NCBI RefSeq assembly: GCF_963676685.1
Contig: NC_092347.1
Span: forward strand, 73,408,001-73,472,000
Length of the DNA: 64,000 nucleotides
Direction: 5' to 3'
Source: Mytilus edulis
Taxonomy: Eukaryota
Shown here: positions 1 to 11,696 of the stretch, piece after piece
How positions within the stretch are numbered: position 1 is the stretch's first letter
Layout of the letters: each line of letters opens with the position of its first letter
The notes under the pieces: model-generated
What the model was told of the DNA's origin: nothing
The model's database searches: none
What the model saw: the letters and a program-made list of their open reading frames with translations, nothing else
Made by a program: the position numbers and the translations under genes

Positions 1-12
1 TTTATGGCGTTC

Positions 13-21
13 TTCTACGAA
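13..21. promoter_or_regulatory. Candidate STAT (GAS) site TTCTACGAA upstream of the cytokine-like gene
   Basis: Exact TTC-N3-GAA match about 230 nt upstream of the putative TSS; motif match only. Confidence 0.4.
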
Positions 22-163
22 AGTTTTGAAATTGTCTATGCTGCATTCCAGGGATTTTTGTGGGGTATAAAATACATCACGTATCTTAATAAATGTATCC
101 TTAACAATCTAAGTGTCCTTGTGAAAACGGATTTGTTCAAGTGGGTATACTGTAAATATATTT

Positions 164-173
164 GGGGAAACCT
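164..173 (+). promoter_or_regulatory. Candidate NF-kB site GGGGAAACCT
   Basis: Resembles the kB consensus and lies about 50 nt upstream of the TATA box. A weaker GGGATTTTTG is at 51..60. Confidence 0.4.
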
Positions 174-221
174 ATTTCCATGCGTGTTGGATTGTAGTTG
201 TATAACATCCGACTAAGAGGG

Positions 222-255
222 TATATAAACGAATAAATTCTGAGTTCCTTCAGTT
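222..255 (+). promoter_or_regulatory. Core promoter: TATA box (TATATAAA 222..229) and Inr (TCAGTT 250..255)
   Basis: Canonical ~28-30 nt TATA-to-Inr spacing, followed by ATG at 279 and a GTAAGT donor at 303. Confidence 0.65.
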
Positions 256-278
256 AAACGTCCTCAGTTTAAAGTAAA

Positions 279-302
279 ATGACAAAAGCTACAATGATTT
301 CA
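279..302 (+). CDS. Exon 1 of putative IL-6-family-like helical cytokine (MTKATMIS)
   Basis: ATG at 279 (second ATG at 294), 8 codons, perfect GTAAGT donor at 303, phase 0, in frame with exon 2. Confidence 0.65.
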
Positions 303-363
303 GTAAGTATGTCGCATTAGCATATCACATCATCTTATTACATTACAGAGGTACCAGTTTTAT

Positions 364-459
364 CAATCTTATTAAAATATTGATCTCTGATTTCGTTATA
401 CGGCATATGAGCTCATCTGTAGTTTAACGAAATCAGAGATCAATATTTTAATTAGATTG
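364..459. mobile_element. 96-bp hairpin MITE with 9-bp target-site duplication (Mutator-like) in intron 1
   Basis: Near-perfect ~35-bp inverted arms (caatct...agattg) flanked by CAGTTTTAT at 355..363 and 460..468. Confidence 0.65.
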
Positions 460-1176
460 CAGTTTTATATGAATCACTACTGTTTAATTTATGTATATTC
501 TAATTTGTACTGTTTAATTTATGTAAATTCTGATTAGAACCAAAGCTTGCAGATGGTTAACTTTCTTAATTGTTTGCGAATTTTGTCATGTTTATTTAGA
601 ATCATAAAAGCTAAAGAATTTTACTAATGTCTATCATCAAGTCTTCATTTTCAAGAACGATTATAATTTATTGAAATAAATTTTATTCAATTCATACAAA
701 ATTACACATACAGTAAAATCAGAGATTTTCTAAATGATTTTTTATATTCGTAAATTGTGAACGGATAGGTTTCGAAATAAAAAAAAGTATTTTGACTTTT
801 AACAGCATTATTTTGTGCAAATCTTTTATTGAACCATGAATAGAAATGTTATTGTTTTATCCGTTGTTCAATAATCCAATAATAATAAATGCATGCAGTT
901 TCTGAATTTAAAGTCTTCACCTTTCAAAATTCTGACTTAAAAATTGTAATACTGATACACGTACGTCACCAAACGTGCATGAAATGTATACAAATTTCAG
1001 TTCTAAGATTTATGGTGGTAGTTAAAATGACACTTAGGTTATATTTCTAATGATACCAAATATTGAATCTACGCAGAAAATAATCCTGGTAATTTTATAA
1101 ATCAAGTACTACTAGACATAAGTAAAGAATATTTTATGACTTATTTACGCCATAATTGAATGTAAAAAATGCTGGT

Positions 1177-1257
1177 TGGTGACCTTCTGCTGTTGTCTGT
1201 TCTATGGTCGGGTCGTTGTCTTTTTGATACATTCCCCATTTTCATTTTCAATTTTAT
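1177..1257 (+). mobile_element. Short 3'-end fragment of the Penelope-like element family seen at 13447 and 34021
   Basis: ggtgaccttctgctgttgtctg...cattccccatt...caatttta matches the 3' terminus of the longer copies. Confidence 0.6.
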
Positions 1258-1289
1258 GATTATCATTTGTGTGCATTCTATTCATATAT

Positions 1290-1567
1290 ACATTTATCGC
1301 TATTTTGTGCATTTTTCTTTTGATCTTTTCTAGTGATAATTTTCATATCATGCTTCTCGCTTGAGATGGAAAAATTATCGCTAGAAACTAAGGAGGCCAC
1401 GTGGCGTTGCTAACGAAATTGACATGAAATTGACAACGTCGTCATAGGTAAAATAGCGATAAAAAGATTATCATTGGTCATCTCAACTCGATTGCTTTTC
1501 TCACTTTCGCTGTACCAGCTCAAGCGAGAAAATCAATCTCGTTGAGATGATCAACGATAATCTATAA
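1290..1567. mobile_element. Non-autonomous element ending in a long imperfect hairpin (1465..1563)
   Basis: Inverted arms agattatcattggtcatctcaac / gttgagatgatcaacgataatct, plus a second inverted pair tttatcgctatttt / aaaatagcgataaa. Confidence 0.5.
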
Positions 1568-1646
1568 GTACAGCTATGTGAATGGCACTCGAGATCTGAT
1601 ATTTATATAATCAGGAAATATTATCGTCGTATATTGTCGATTTCAG

Positions 1647-1850
1647 AGAATCTCGTTGATAGTTTTATTTTTGTTATGTGCAACACTACTTTGTGATGCA
1701 AAGCCTGGCAATAGAGGTAAACCCCAATGGATAAAAAATGATTCCAGTATTGTTTCAATTTCCTGTCCAGATAACGTACAAAGACTGAGGATACTAGACA
1801 TAATACATTCTGGATTGACACCAACAGCTAAAACTTTGAAGGAGAAAACA
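1647..1850 (+). CDS. Exon 2 of putative IL-6-family-like cytokine (signal peptide and helix A)
   Basis: tttcag acceptor ends at 1646. 68 codons RISLIVLFLLCATLLCDA|KPGNRG...TLKEKT with a hydrophobic signal core and CDA cleavage site. GTAAGT donor at 1851, phase 0. Confidence 0.8.
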
Positions 1851-2440
1851 GTAAGTCAATGTTTATTAACCTTTGTGTGAATTTTATGTTTAACATTACT
1901 GAAAACTAAACATTAAAAAGTAAATTATGTGGTGTAAAAGCGAGATTGTATGCATCTTTGCGGGATCGCTGATCGGCTGATTCAAAAATAAAATACAAAG
2001 TACTGTGAGTACTATAACACAATTCTGAAAAACTTATATAACAATTATCAGTACGTCCATGTCAACTGTTAAATTACAGAAGAAAATGACGTAGATGGAG
2101 ATATTTCAACAAAGACTTAACAAAAATATGCTACTGAAAACGATAAGGTTCTCACTGTTTATTGGCTATTTGAATTTTACTGATTTCGTTTGATGTTTGC
2201 ATCCAGGAAATGTTCTACAACAAACAAAAAACTGCCATTCTTTTTATTATTACGTAGATAAACTCGTTAATTTATTGTTTTTTAGAATGCAACTTTTCTA
2301 TCCAAAATTATTTTTTGTGTTTTTTATGATAATGAATATCTTAGATTTGATGCATGCGTATAATGAATTTATTCAACTATAATTTAAGGGCAAAGGGCAA
2401 TGCAACTGACTTTTATAATCAAATAAAAATATAATTTCAG

Positions 2441-2548
2441 ACATCAAGGATCAATCTACCTTGGATGATGCCATATTTAGATAAAGCTCCTGTATTGGTA
2501 GGATTTCCTTCTTTAGATACTGAGGGAAACTGCTCTATCTGCAATAAG
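2441..2548 (+). CDS. Exon 3 of putative IL-6-family-like cytokine (AB loop)
   Basis: tttcag acceptor ends at 2440. 36 codons TSRINLPWMMPYLDKAPVLVGFPSLDTEGNCSICNK, GTATGA donor at 2549, phase 0. Not in the ORF track. Confidence 0.75.
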
Positions 2549-3165
2549 GTATGACGGTTGTGAGAGATATTACATCTTGTCAAATTTTCTGTAAAACTTA
2601 GTACGGTATTATGCCACCACAACAGATAAATAATTTTTAGTAAATTTTCTGTGAAGGTAGTGTTGTAACTTGTAGAATACCACCACCTCACAAAACATAA
2701 AGTAGAATAAAAAAACTGCCGAACTCCAAGGACATTTTAAAACGGAAAGTCCCTGATCTAATGGGAAAATCAAAAGCTGAAACACATAAAACGCAAGGAA
2801 AAACAACTGTCTTGGTACAGCCATTTTCTTGTGTTGAAAATTTTAGATTAAACCTTTTTATAGCTAGCTTAATCTCTCACTTATATGACAGTCGCATGAT
2901 ATTCCATTATATTGACAACAAAATGTGAAATGTAAAATAACAAAAATACTGAAGGCATATAGACAATGTTTGGCCAAGATGTTACACGTTTTATTTAATC
3001 AAATTCTGTTTATTTCATGGTTGTTTCAATTAAACGAATAATTCCATAAGATGTAATTGGTATAATGTTTTTTTTTTACTTTCTCTCTAGTTATGTTGTA
3101 CTGAAATTTTCATGTATTACAAAATAAAAACTTATTTTTTATTTTTTATTGGATATATTTTGTAG

Positions 3166-3429
3166 ATCAACCCTTGCTTTAAAGCTGACTGTGAGTCCTT
3201 GGGAAACCTGATGATACTTATAAATAATCTCATGTCTTCAATGTATTCTAAAGATATAGCAAATATAACACGTGACTTCTATTTCATCAGAAGGCAAATG
3301 AAATGTGAACCCTTAAGGGTATTCAAGTATAAGGAAGAATGGCAACGAATTGATATAGAGTACAGAATCGCAAAAGATCTCGTTGAATTCGCAGATGCAC
3401 TGCAAAGCCGATATGCTAATATTTATTAA
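3166..3429 (+). CDS. Exon 4 (terminal) of putative IL-6-family-like cytokine (helices B, C, D)
   Basis: ttttgtag acceptor ends at 3165. INPCFKADCESLGNLMILINNL...EEWQRIDIEYRIAKDLVEFADALQSRYANIY*, in frame with ORF 3199..3429. AATAAA at 3705..3710. Confidence 0.8.
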   Translation: MNPCFKADCESLGNLMILINNLMSSMYSKDIANITRDFYFIRRQMKCEPLRVFKYKEEWQRIDIEYRIAKDLVEFADALQSRYANIY

Positions 3430-5698
3430 TATCGCATGAATGTTAATTTGTTATTCGACTATCAGGAATTTAATGTAGTATCTGACTTTTAAAAAAACAG
3501 CAATGAATTTTCAGACAAACTTTTTGAAGCGAAAACTTCAAGTTTATTTCTTTTTCACACAAAAGGACTATATTGATAGACTAACTGTTTACAAAATATG
3601 CATATCTTTACTTTGAATTCATTACATAAAAATATTTTATGGGCTTATTAATATATTTTCCAAATATATGATGCAGCTACGACTGTGATGTTGATTCCAT
3701 CTTTAATAAATACTAACATCTGATTTAGTACTTTCATATATTTTTATAACAGCCTGCAACCTTATCATATAATTAATCTAAATTGCTCGCTCTTATTGTA
3801 CATTACGAAGCTGTACATAGTGATCAATTACTTCTCGTTATAATACAATAGTTTTTTTTTATTAACTAATCCAAGTGCTCTTATAAATATATGAGTAGAA
3901 TAATAAGAATTTGATTATCACTTCAAGACAAAACATGGATTTTTCTCATTGTTGAAGGTCTAACGGCTGCGTATTATTGCTTTCAAACACTTCTGATTAT
4001 TTTTATGTTAATTAATACTTAAATGATTTCAATGATTGAGTAAATTAAAACATTCAACATACATATTTTATTACATAGTTAGTACCCCTTGTTTGTGATA
4101 TTCTCCTGGTAGAAACAATCACCACTTCAGACCATAAGCTGCATCGACTCTTTAATTCATTAAACAAATTATGTACCGAGCTTATAATTTCGCAAAACCG
4201 TCGAAGATGATTTATAAAGCTGAAGCATACAATCGAAATTGTAATTTGTAATAATGATACCATTTTTTTCAATTTTTACCTTAAGATTACTGTAATGATT
4301 GCGTTTCCTGATTGGATTCATTCAAGGTGTTTGATATTTTTATGTTTAAGCCCCCAATGACTTCTATTGTCATAAGTATTATAGGACGCATCTCTTCAGT
4401 AACTCCTTGACCCCTTAAAATTTTCAATTGGTCAAATTTAGATTGTTTATCACTTGTGTTGACAGACCATTGATCTTTATTATGTTTCTAAGTTTCAAAA
4501 TACTTGGAACTAATCCGTTAAAAATGTTTCAATACTTATTGAATTTTAAGGTAATAAAGGGACTTTTAATTTCTCATTACAACCATAATATAATTCTTTT
4601 TAGAAAAAGAAAGAAATCGGAGTTATCTTTCATATACCATAAATACACGATCTCGCCTCCCACGTTACTTATTTGCCAGTTACATAAGTTAACACGGCAT
4701 AACTATATTTTTTAATCTCTTATCATAAATTTTGATGTCTTACGACTTTTAGCATTAATTTGTAAAACGTTATAATTATAAGTAGTGGAGTGACAAATCG
4801 GGAAAAGTCTCTTATTTAAGGAGTTTAATGGACCGAAATACCTCACGGTTGAAAATTCACATGAAGATAGAGTAAACATTATGCATCAAACTTTAATATC
4901 ATATGAACATATAAATTTAGTTAATTGGACGATTTTTAAATGTATGTAACATTTTTTTTCAATCTTACCGTCTATACCGTCTAGCAAATTTTAATACATT
5001 TCTTATATATATATCACCAATAGTAAATGTTCACAAAAAATAGGGGAACAACCAATACTTAAGAAGTTTTGATATATTAAAAAGTGTGATAGAACATACA
5101 AATCAACTTTTACGAGCATTTTTATAAAATTCATCACATAGCAGTATTACTTCTCAATTTTCACCTCAATGAGTCGTGTAACGTTCCCCTTTCCCATTTT
5201 TCCCTGTCATATGAAATGCAATGAATTTGATATGCATTTTCTTACGTTTAATAAAAAAAATTATAGTTGTATCAATAGTTGTCTATTTGTGCTTTAATAA
5301 GTACAGATGCTAAGGTTAATAACTTTTATGGTGCTTTATTCTTGTTTTTCGAAAATACTAATTGTAAACCACATTGGAACACATCCGAAAAATTCCGGAA
5401 AATTATTGTCAGTGCTAATTCCATTAAAGAAGAACGCGTAAAGTAGCTTAGATCGTGTTATTAAGCCTTTACATGTCCATGAAGAAAACATGATCATGCT
5501 TTTGAATTAGTGAGAAAAAAGCATACGTGTAACGATGAATCAACTTTCGTTAAAACACGCTTCATGGCATTACCATGACTGGTATAACTTTACATGTCTA
5601 TTCTGGAGACAAAAGTCATACAACAAGCTAAGTAATTAAGGCATGTCGATTCATTTGAGCGTTTCGATATTGTTTTAAATGACGCAAATTATCAGGTA

Positions 5699-5713
5699 GG
5701 CCATCTAGTGGCG
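5699..5713 (-). promoter_or_regulatory. Candidate CTCF site CGCCACTAGATGGCC
   Basis: Close match to the CTCF core CCAC[CT]AG[AG][TG]GGC; GC-rich island in AT-rich intergenic DNA. Confidence 0.35.
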
Positions 5714-6297
5714 AGTTTACTGGTCATAAATAATTCAAGGACAAGCCGCTTCAACATTCAGCATGCATTGTAAACTATTTGATGAAATTGAAAATAATTT
5801 GCTTCTGATGCTTCAAATTAATCGGGACATGATGTTGCTTTTCAAAAACTACAGTGCAGCATGTCTTCATTCATTAAGTCTACATGATGATCTGTTTGCG
5901 ATAAAAGAAGAAAACATTTACGTTGTCGTATATAGTTGTCCATTTACATTTGTTTAATGATATTACATTTTGTGAAATAAAAATGTGAAAAGCGGTTTAT
6001 GATCGTTCGAAATTTCAAATTATTTCTATCTTTACAATGAATTCCAACTTCTCTGATAAATGTTTTGCCTGGTTAGTAGATGACATTTTTTTTTCAAAGG
6101 GATAATGATTACAATGCACTCTCATTTGATACTGAACGGAAATGTATACTTTAAAAGCTAAGTGTGTGATATTTCTTTATGAAGAACCAGTACACCCCTG
6201 ATCAAAAAGATGGTATTGGTATTGTCCAAAGTCTTTATGTAAAATGGTACAACAGTTATTGAGATTTGGCCAATGACTGCTTTAAAACCATAATAAA

Positions 6298-6780
6298 AAA
6301 ATGTGATATGATTGCCAATTAAACAAATCGCCACAAAAGACATACGATTCACATACATTTAGAACTATAGGTCATTGTAAAGCCTTCAACAATAAGCAAA
6401 GTCCTTACCGCATAGTCAACAATAAAGGGCCCGAATTGACAAATGTAAAACAATTCAAACGAGAAAAACAACGGCCTAGTTAATTTACAAAATAATAAAC
6501 GAACAACAAAAATGTAACAGCAACAAATGACAACCACTGAATAACAGGCTCCTGACCTTGGATAGCCACATACAGAATGTGGCGAGATTAAACATGTCAG
6601 TAGGCGCCCGACCCTCTCCTTACTTCGGACATTGGTGTATATAATGTATATATGTGGTATGATTGCCAAGGAATAACTCTTCACAAGAGACCAAATGACA
6701 CAGATATTTATAACTATTGGTTACTGCAAGACCTCCAAGAATGAGCAAATCCCATACCATAGTCAGCTATTAAAGGCTGA
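6298..6780 (+). repeat. Two adjacent copies of an abundant dispersed repeat (atgtggtatgattgccaatgagacaac...)
   Basis: Homologous copies also occur near 11390-11520 (minus), 32828, 47290, 50600 and 61360. Confidence 0.6.
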
Positions 6781-8997
6781 TATTGAAAAGTTATTTTAGG
6801 GGTTGCATCATATTAAAATCATGACAGTTATGTTTTATTTCTAATAAGGTCTTTTCCTCAGATGTCAATGCAAACCAGATGAATTGTGGTTTTAGACTGG
6901 AGGCGTTTCTTCAACCAAAGCCACAAGACAGTGTTTACCTACTCACGACTTTAAAAAGTTATTGGACTCCTGATGTCTAGCACACCAACAAAAACTAGCG
7001 CTCGTATAGAATGCGACACGTCTTCTATTATCAAAATTGGCTAAGGAAGACAATCACAAGGGGTCTGGAAAAACATGCATGTATCAAAATTTGTCATTCT
7101 AGCTGGTTCTTATATTGACACATATTTTGCAGTAAAAATCACTTTACCGCGGATCAAAATGACCCCATAAGCAATGGTTAATCAGTGCATGGTGATCTGA
7201 ATAAACTCATGAGTATTGTCGGCACCATACAATGACATCTGCTTTTTTGTTAGTATTCCGTTACCTTTTCAAATTGATGTGCATATTGGTGTCTAGTGAT
7301 AGTGTATTATAATTATACATAGGCAGCAACTTTTGAAGCTCTTGGCTCACACCGAACAGTAAGAGCTTCAAAAAATGACTAGTGTGAAACCATTGCAACG
7401 GTCTAATCTATATAAAATTTAGAAACAAGAAACATTTATGAATCACATAAACAAACGACAACCATGTCTGTTGTTGTTTTATAAAAAGAAAAGGGGGACA
7501 CATCTTCTCAATGTGCAATTGGTCTAGTCCTAATTTATTTATTAACATAAAAAAAAATCATATTCTATAGTGTCTTGAACATGAAGACTCATTTTTATAG
7601 TTCTAACATCCCTTTATAAGTTTAAATAATCAGAAAAGAATTTCATCATTTATTTCATAACATCATGGACAGGGTGTTTTAACTTTACAGGTCTTATATC
7701 TCCTCTGTTCTTAATGGCATTTTAATCAAACTTTCCCAAAAGTATCTTTATGTATGGCTATATATTATTACATAGCCAAATCTTAACTATGAATATTTTT
7801 GTCGATTATTTCCGTAGATAAAGATATTTATTTCATTTTCTTACATGTTGCAAGCGAGGGTACGTATCATTAATATCTGGTATAAATCAGACATACATAT
7901 GACTACATGTAGCTGTAATTGTGGAGCATTCTTTGCACATGCTTCAATCGGAAAAATTTCTCAAGTAAAATGAGAGACTACCGAGAAATTGTCCCAAATG
8001 TCGAAAATTTGCGATTTTTTAAAATCCCCAATTTGACCTTTGAACGCAGTTTTCAAAACTCTGCACCACATTTGCACTCTACGACATGCCTTAATCAAGG
8101 ATATTATATTTATCTACAAAATAAGATCAAAATTAGCCGTGAGGTATTTCGGTCCATTTAATTTTCAAATTCACCTTATTTGTCACCGTACTAAAGTATC
8201 TGTATTTAAAATTCTCTCACTATTTATTTATATTTTGGGGGTAAATGTTTGCAGACGATTTTCAAAGGAAGCCATGATGTTTAACTCCAGGTTCCATCCT
8301 CTTGTAAGTATCGTTTATGCACATTGGGGTATATATATATATAATACATTGCGGAGAGTGGTGTAAATAACCAAACCTTGTTGCTGGTAAAAGTAAGGTT
8401 ATCTGAGCTATTTCGCCTTATTTGGTAAAGTTGAAAAAAATAAAACTTACAATTTTTTGTATAACAGTTGTATTGATTATTAAATAAAACACGAGAAGTA
8501 CGTCATACTTCTCTCCATTTAAACGAAAACGTTTATAAATGATCATTCCTTTCCACCAATTTGTATATTTTATTAAATAAATATCTAGAAATTTTTTTCT
8601 GATATTTCTACCATAATTTGTTTTGATAGTTTAGTCAAACTTTCCAATAACTGTGTGCATAATCTACAGCCGGTAAACATTATTTAATTATTTGACTACC
8701 TTTGTCACAACCTTTCTCAGTATTTGAAATAATACTGTCACTAAGGCTCCGGCTGTTCATCTGTTTTTGATTTTTTTTGGAGGAATGTTGTTTGTCCTTA
8801 ATTGTCGTGAGACTAGTATACAGTAACTGTTTACATCGTTCTTATTGTGCCTGATATATATTTGATATCAGACGTTATAAAACAGCTCCAAATCTCTTAT
8901 AGCAGTCTACCTGAATATGCAATTATATATATTATATATAAGTAAGTAAGTAAATTATGTATCATAGGGACATGTGTTTTTCACAAAATATAATTAA

Positions 8998-9233
8998 CTG
9001 TTTACAAAATTTAGAATTTTTGAAATACTAAGGCTTTTCTACCTCAGGCATAGATTACCTGAGCTGGATTTGGCAAAACTTTTGGGAATTTTGGTCCTCG
9101 ATGCTCTTCAACTTCGTACTTTATTTGGCCTTTTTAACTTTTTCGGATTCGAGCGTCACTGATGAGTCTTTTGTAGACGAAACGCGCGTCTGGCGTATAT
9201 ACAAAATTTAGTCCTGGTATCTATGATGAGTTT
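8998..9233 (+). mobile_element. Retrozyme-like repeat carrying a hammerhead ribozyme
   Basis: Homologous to copies near 11700-12215 (-), 13010-13290 (-), 15530-15650 (+), 23040-23277 (+), 28780-28890 (-) and 59350-59430 (+). Confidence 0.7.
9153..9196 (+). ncRNA. Type I hammerhead ribozyme, intact core
   Basis: Stem I gcgtca/tggcgt; CTGATGA 9159..9165; stem II gtct-tttgt-agac; GAAA 9179..9182; minimal stem III with palindromic GCGC loop; GTC cleavage triplet 9188..9190. Confidence 0.8.
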
Positions 9234-9309
9234 ACATACCATACAGTGAAATATAAAAACAATAAGAACACCCCATCCTATGGGTATATAAGTGTCTTTA
9301 AACATTAAT

Positions 9310-10245
9310 GTCAATAAGTACGTCTGAACCAGTGCGACTCTACAACAGATTTTATCCATTGGATCACCAGCAGTATTAGTGAAACAAGGTTGACAATACA
9401 TTCTGTATAGGTAATTCGTCTAAACATCAGCCCTACAATGTTAGATCTGTGAATTTGCTTTTGCACTCATTTTGTTCTTCCCTCGTCGGAATTCAAACTC
9501 ATGCTACTGAAATATTGTAGCGCAAAATCGCCGTGCACTATACCCGACGCTAGACCACTCGACCACATATATATTGACAAATAAAAAGTCATTGGTACAG
9601 ACAATATAGTTTAATAAAAAAAAACACATAAAAAATCACATTATAAATCGAACATTGTTTCTGTAACAATGCTATTGAGATATCGTGGCACAAAATCCCC
9701 TTGCACTACTAGTATACCCGACGCGCTAGACGATGGTGATACAAGGCTGACAATACATTATGTATATATAAATCGTCTAATCATCAGCCCAATTATGTCA
9801 GATCTGTAAAGTTGTTGTTTTCCCCTCGCCGGGATTCGAACACATGCTACTGAGATATCGTGGCACCAAATCGCCTGTTACTATACCCGAGGCGCTAGAC
9901 CACTCGACCACTTAGGATCTACAATACTAAAGCTTTCGATGGACGGGCGTTACCTTTCCTGGTCAATTTTAATCTAGAGTCGTAATACAGTACATTATAG
10001 ATTAGACATGAAGATGGAACTGTTACAGATCAGCTTAAGTATCTGATCCAACGAATTAATGCAAGATACAGTCACAGAAAGAATTAAATTATAAGTACAT
10101 CTGAACCAGTGACGACTCTACAACATATTTCATCCATCGGATCACCAGCAGTGGTGGCGAAAAAATGCTGACAATACATTCTGTATATATAATTCGTCTA
10201 AACATCAGCCCAACAATGTTATACTTGTAAATTTGCTTTCGAATT
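9310..10245 (-). repeat. Locally duplicated tRNA-derived (Leu/Ser-like) SINE-type repeat
   Basis: Minus strand reads gtggtcgagtggtctagcg...gttcgaatccc (A and B boxes) at about 9822..9911 and 9480..9566. The block starting ataagtac(g/a)tctgaaccagtg recurs at 9314 and 10091. Confidence 0.6.
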
Positions 10246-11696
10246 TATATGATTTGTCGCCAGTCGTAATATCTTGGGGTCACTCAAGTGAGCATGAACT
10301 GAGCACTTTGATTAAAACTACATTAAACTGATCTTGCATAATTTTCGATAAACTGCAATATTTCCACTTAAACTTTTGAAATATATTATCACTTAAAGGA
10401 TAACTTATTGAAGTTTAACATTATCTATGTTAGGTGTCGGCTACCTAATTGTAACATTATGCACCAAATCAAAGGACGAATTTGATACAAGTGTCATTCA
10501 TTCACATGATACTTTCTGCATTGTTTAAGTTGGATACCAAGTAATCATGTATTTTTAGAACCTGGAATTTCCCTTCATAAAATCAATTCACCAGGAATGT
10601 AACTGCCACAAAGGTACAGTTCTTCGTGGTTTATTTATAAATTAATCGTTTATACTTTTTAAACTATGCTTTTCTAAGTGAATGTTCTTTCTTCAATCAT
10701 ATCAGACCATGTATATTAATTTATATATATATGAGCATAGTCATACAGATAAGTGTAAAACGGCATAATTTCATATCGACAGGTAAAACATTGTGCATAC
10801 CTTTCCTGATTGTGAGTATTATTGTTTTATTTGCTTGTATTTGTGTTTTTTGATATTTGCAATAACATAGTTGGTTGTTTTTTATATCATTACAAAGAGA
10901 TTAAAGGTTCATTAGAATGACACAAAATAACAAAAAAAAACAACAAAAACATATTGAAGGTAACATAACGTTAGTAACATTGTATTAAAAACTAGCCTTT
11001 ACTTGACTGATTTCTTTGAAAGCTCTGAATAATTTAACAGACATGATAACAAATCCGCCATCCGCTCAAAACAACAAAAACATTTAAAAGATATAACATA
11101 CACGACAAGCACCGACAAGGTTCCTGACATTCGAAAGGCACATTATTGCGAAGTACTGATTTTTTTTCAGGGTTGATGTTTTTCTGAAATTGTTAAACAT
11201 TTCACTTTTATTATTCATCCCTTATTTTTATTAATTTTGTATTTGCATTGTATTATAGATCATATTTATTCGTCCAGTGTATGTTCATTTGTGTTACTAC
11301 GTCTGTTGATTGAGTTAACCCATTCAATTGATATTTTATAGTATGCCTGTTACACTATTGGTTCAAATAAGGGTTAATGTTTGGAACCATTGGCCCTTTA
11401 TAGCTTGCTGTTCGGTGTGAGCCAAGGATCAGTGTTCAAGACCTATAATGGTTTACTTTTATAAATTGTGACTTGGACGGAGAGCTGTCTCATTGACACT
11501 CATATCTCATTTTTTTTATATCTACTTACAAATGAGGCAGGCTAACGTATTTTATTTAGGGTCGCAGTTTTCGCTCTTTTTATCTCGATTAAGGTAGCTC
11601 AAGTGCCCTCCTCTAGATTTTCCATGATTTTGAAGTAGCAGATAACGAATGATCTGTCTATATCTTTAATGAATTGTGCAAATATTTAGAGAAGTA

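Noticed and set aside
3430-3730. AU-rich instability elements in the cytokine-like 3' UTR
   Set aside because: Only isolated ATTTA pentamers, expected by chance at this AT content.
5380-5957. Stretch with coding-like composition including ORF 5763..5957
   Set aside because: Multiple stops and no recognisable domain; a decayed pseudogene cannot be supported without tBLASTx.
6862-6980. Acceptor-like site followed by a 38-codon open frame
   Set aside because: No recognisable product and no partner exon found.
9822-9911. Possible tRNA gene on the minus strand
   Set aside because: A and B boxes are present but no clean cloverleaf or anticodon arm; it is part of a repeat.
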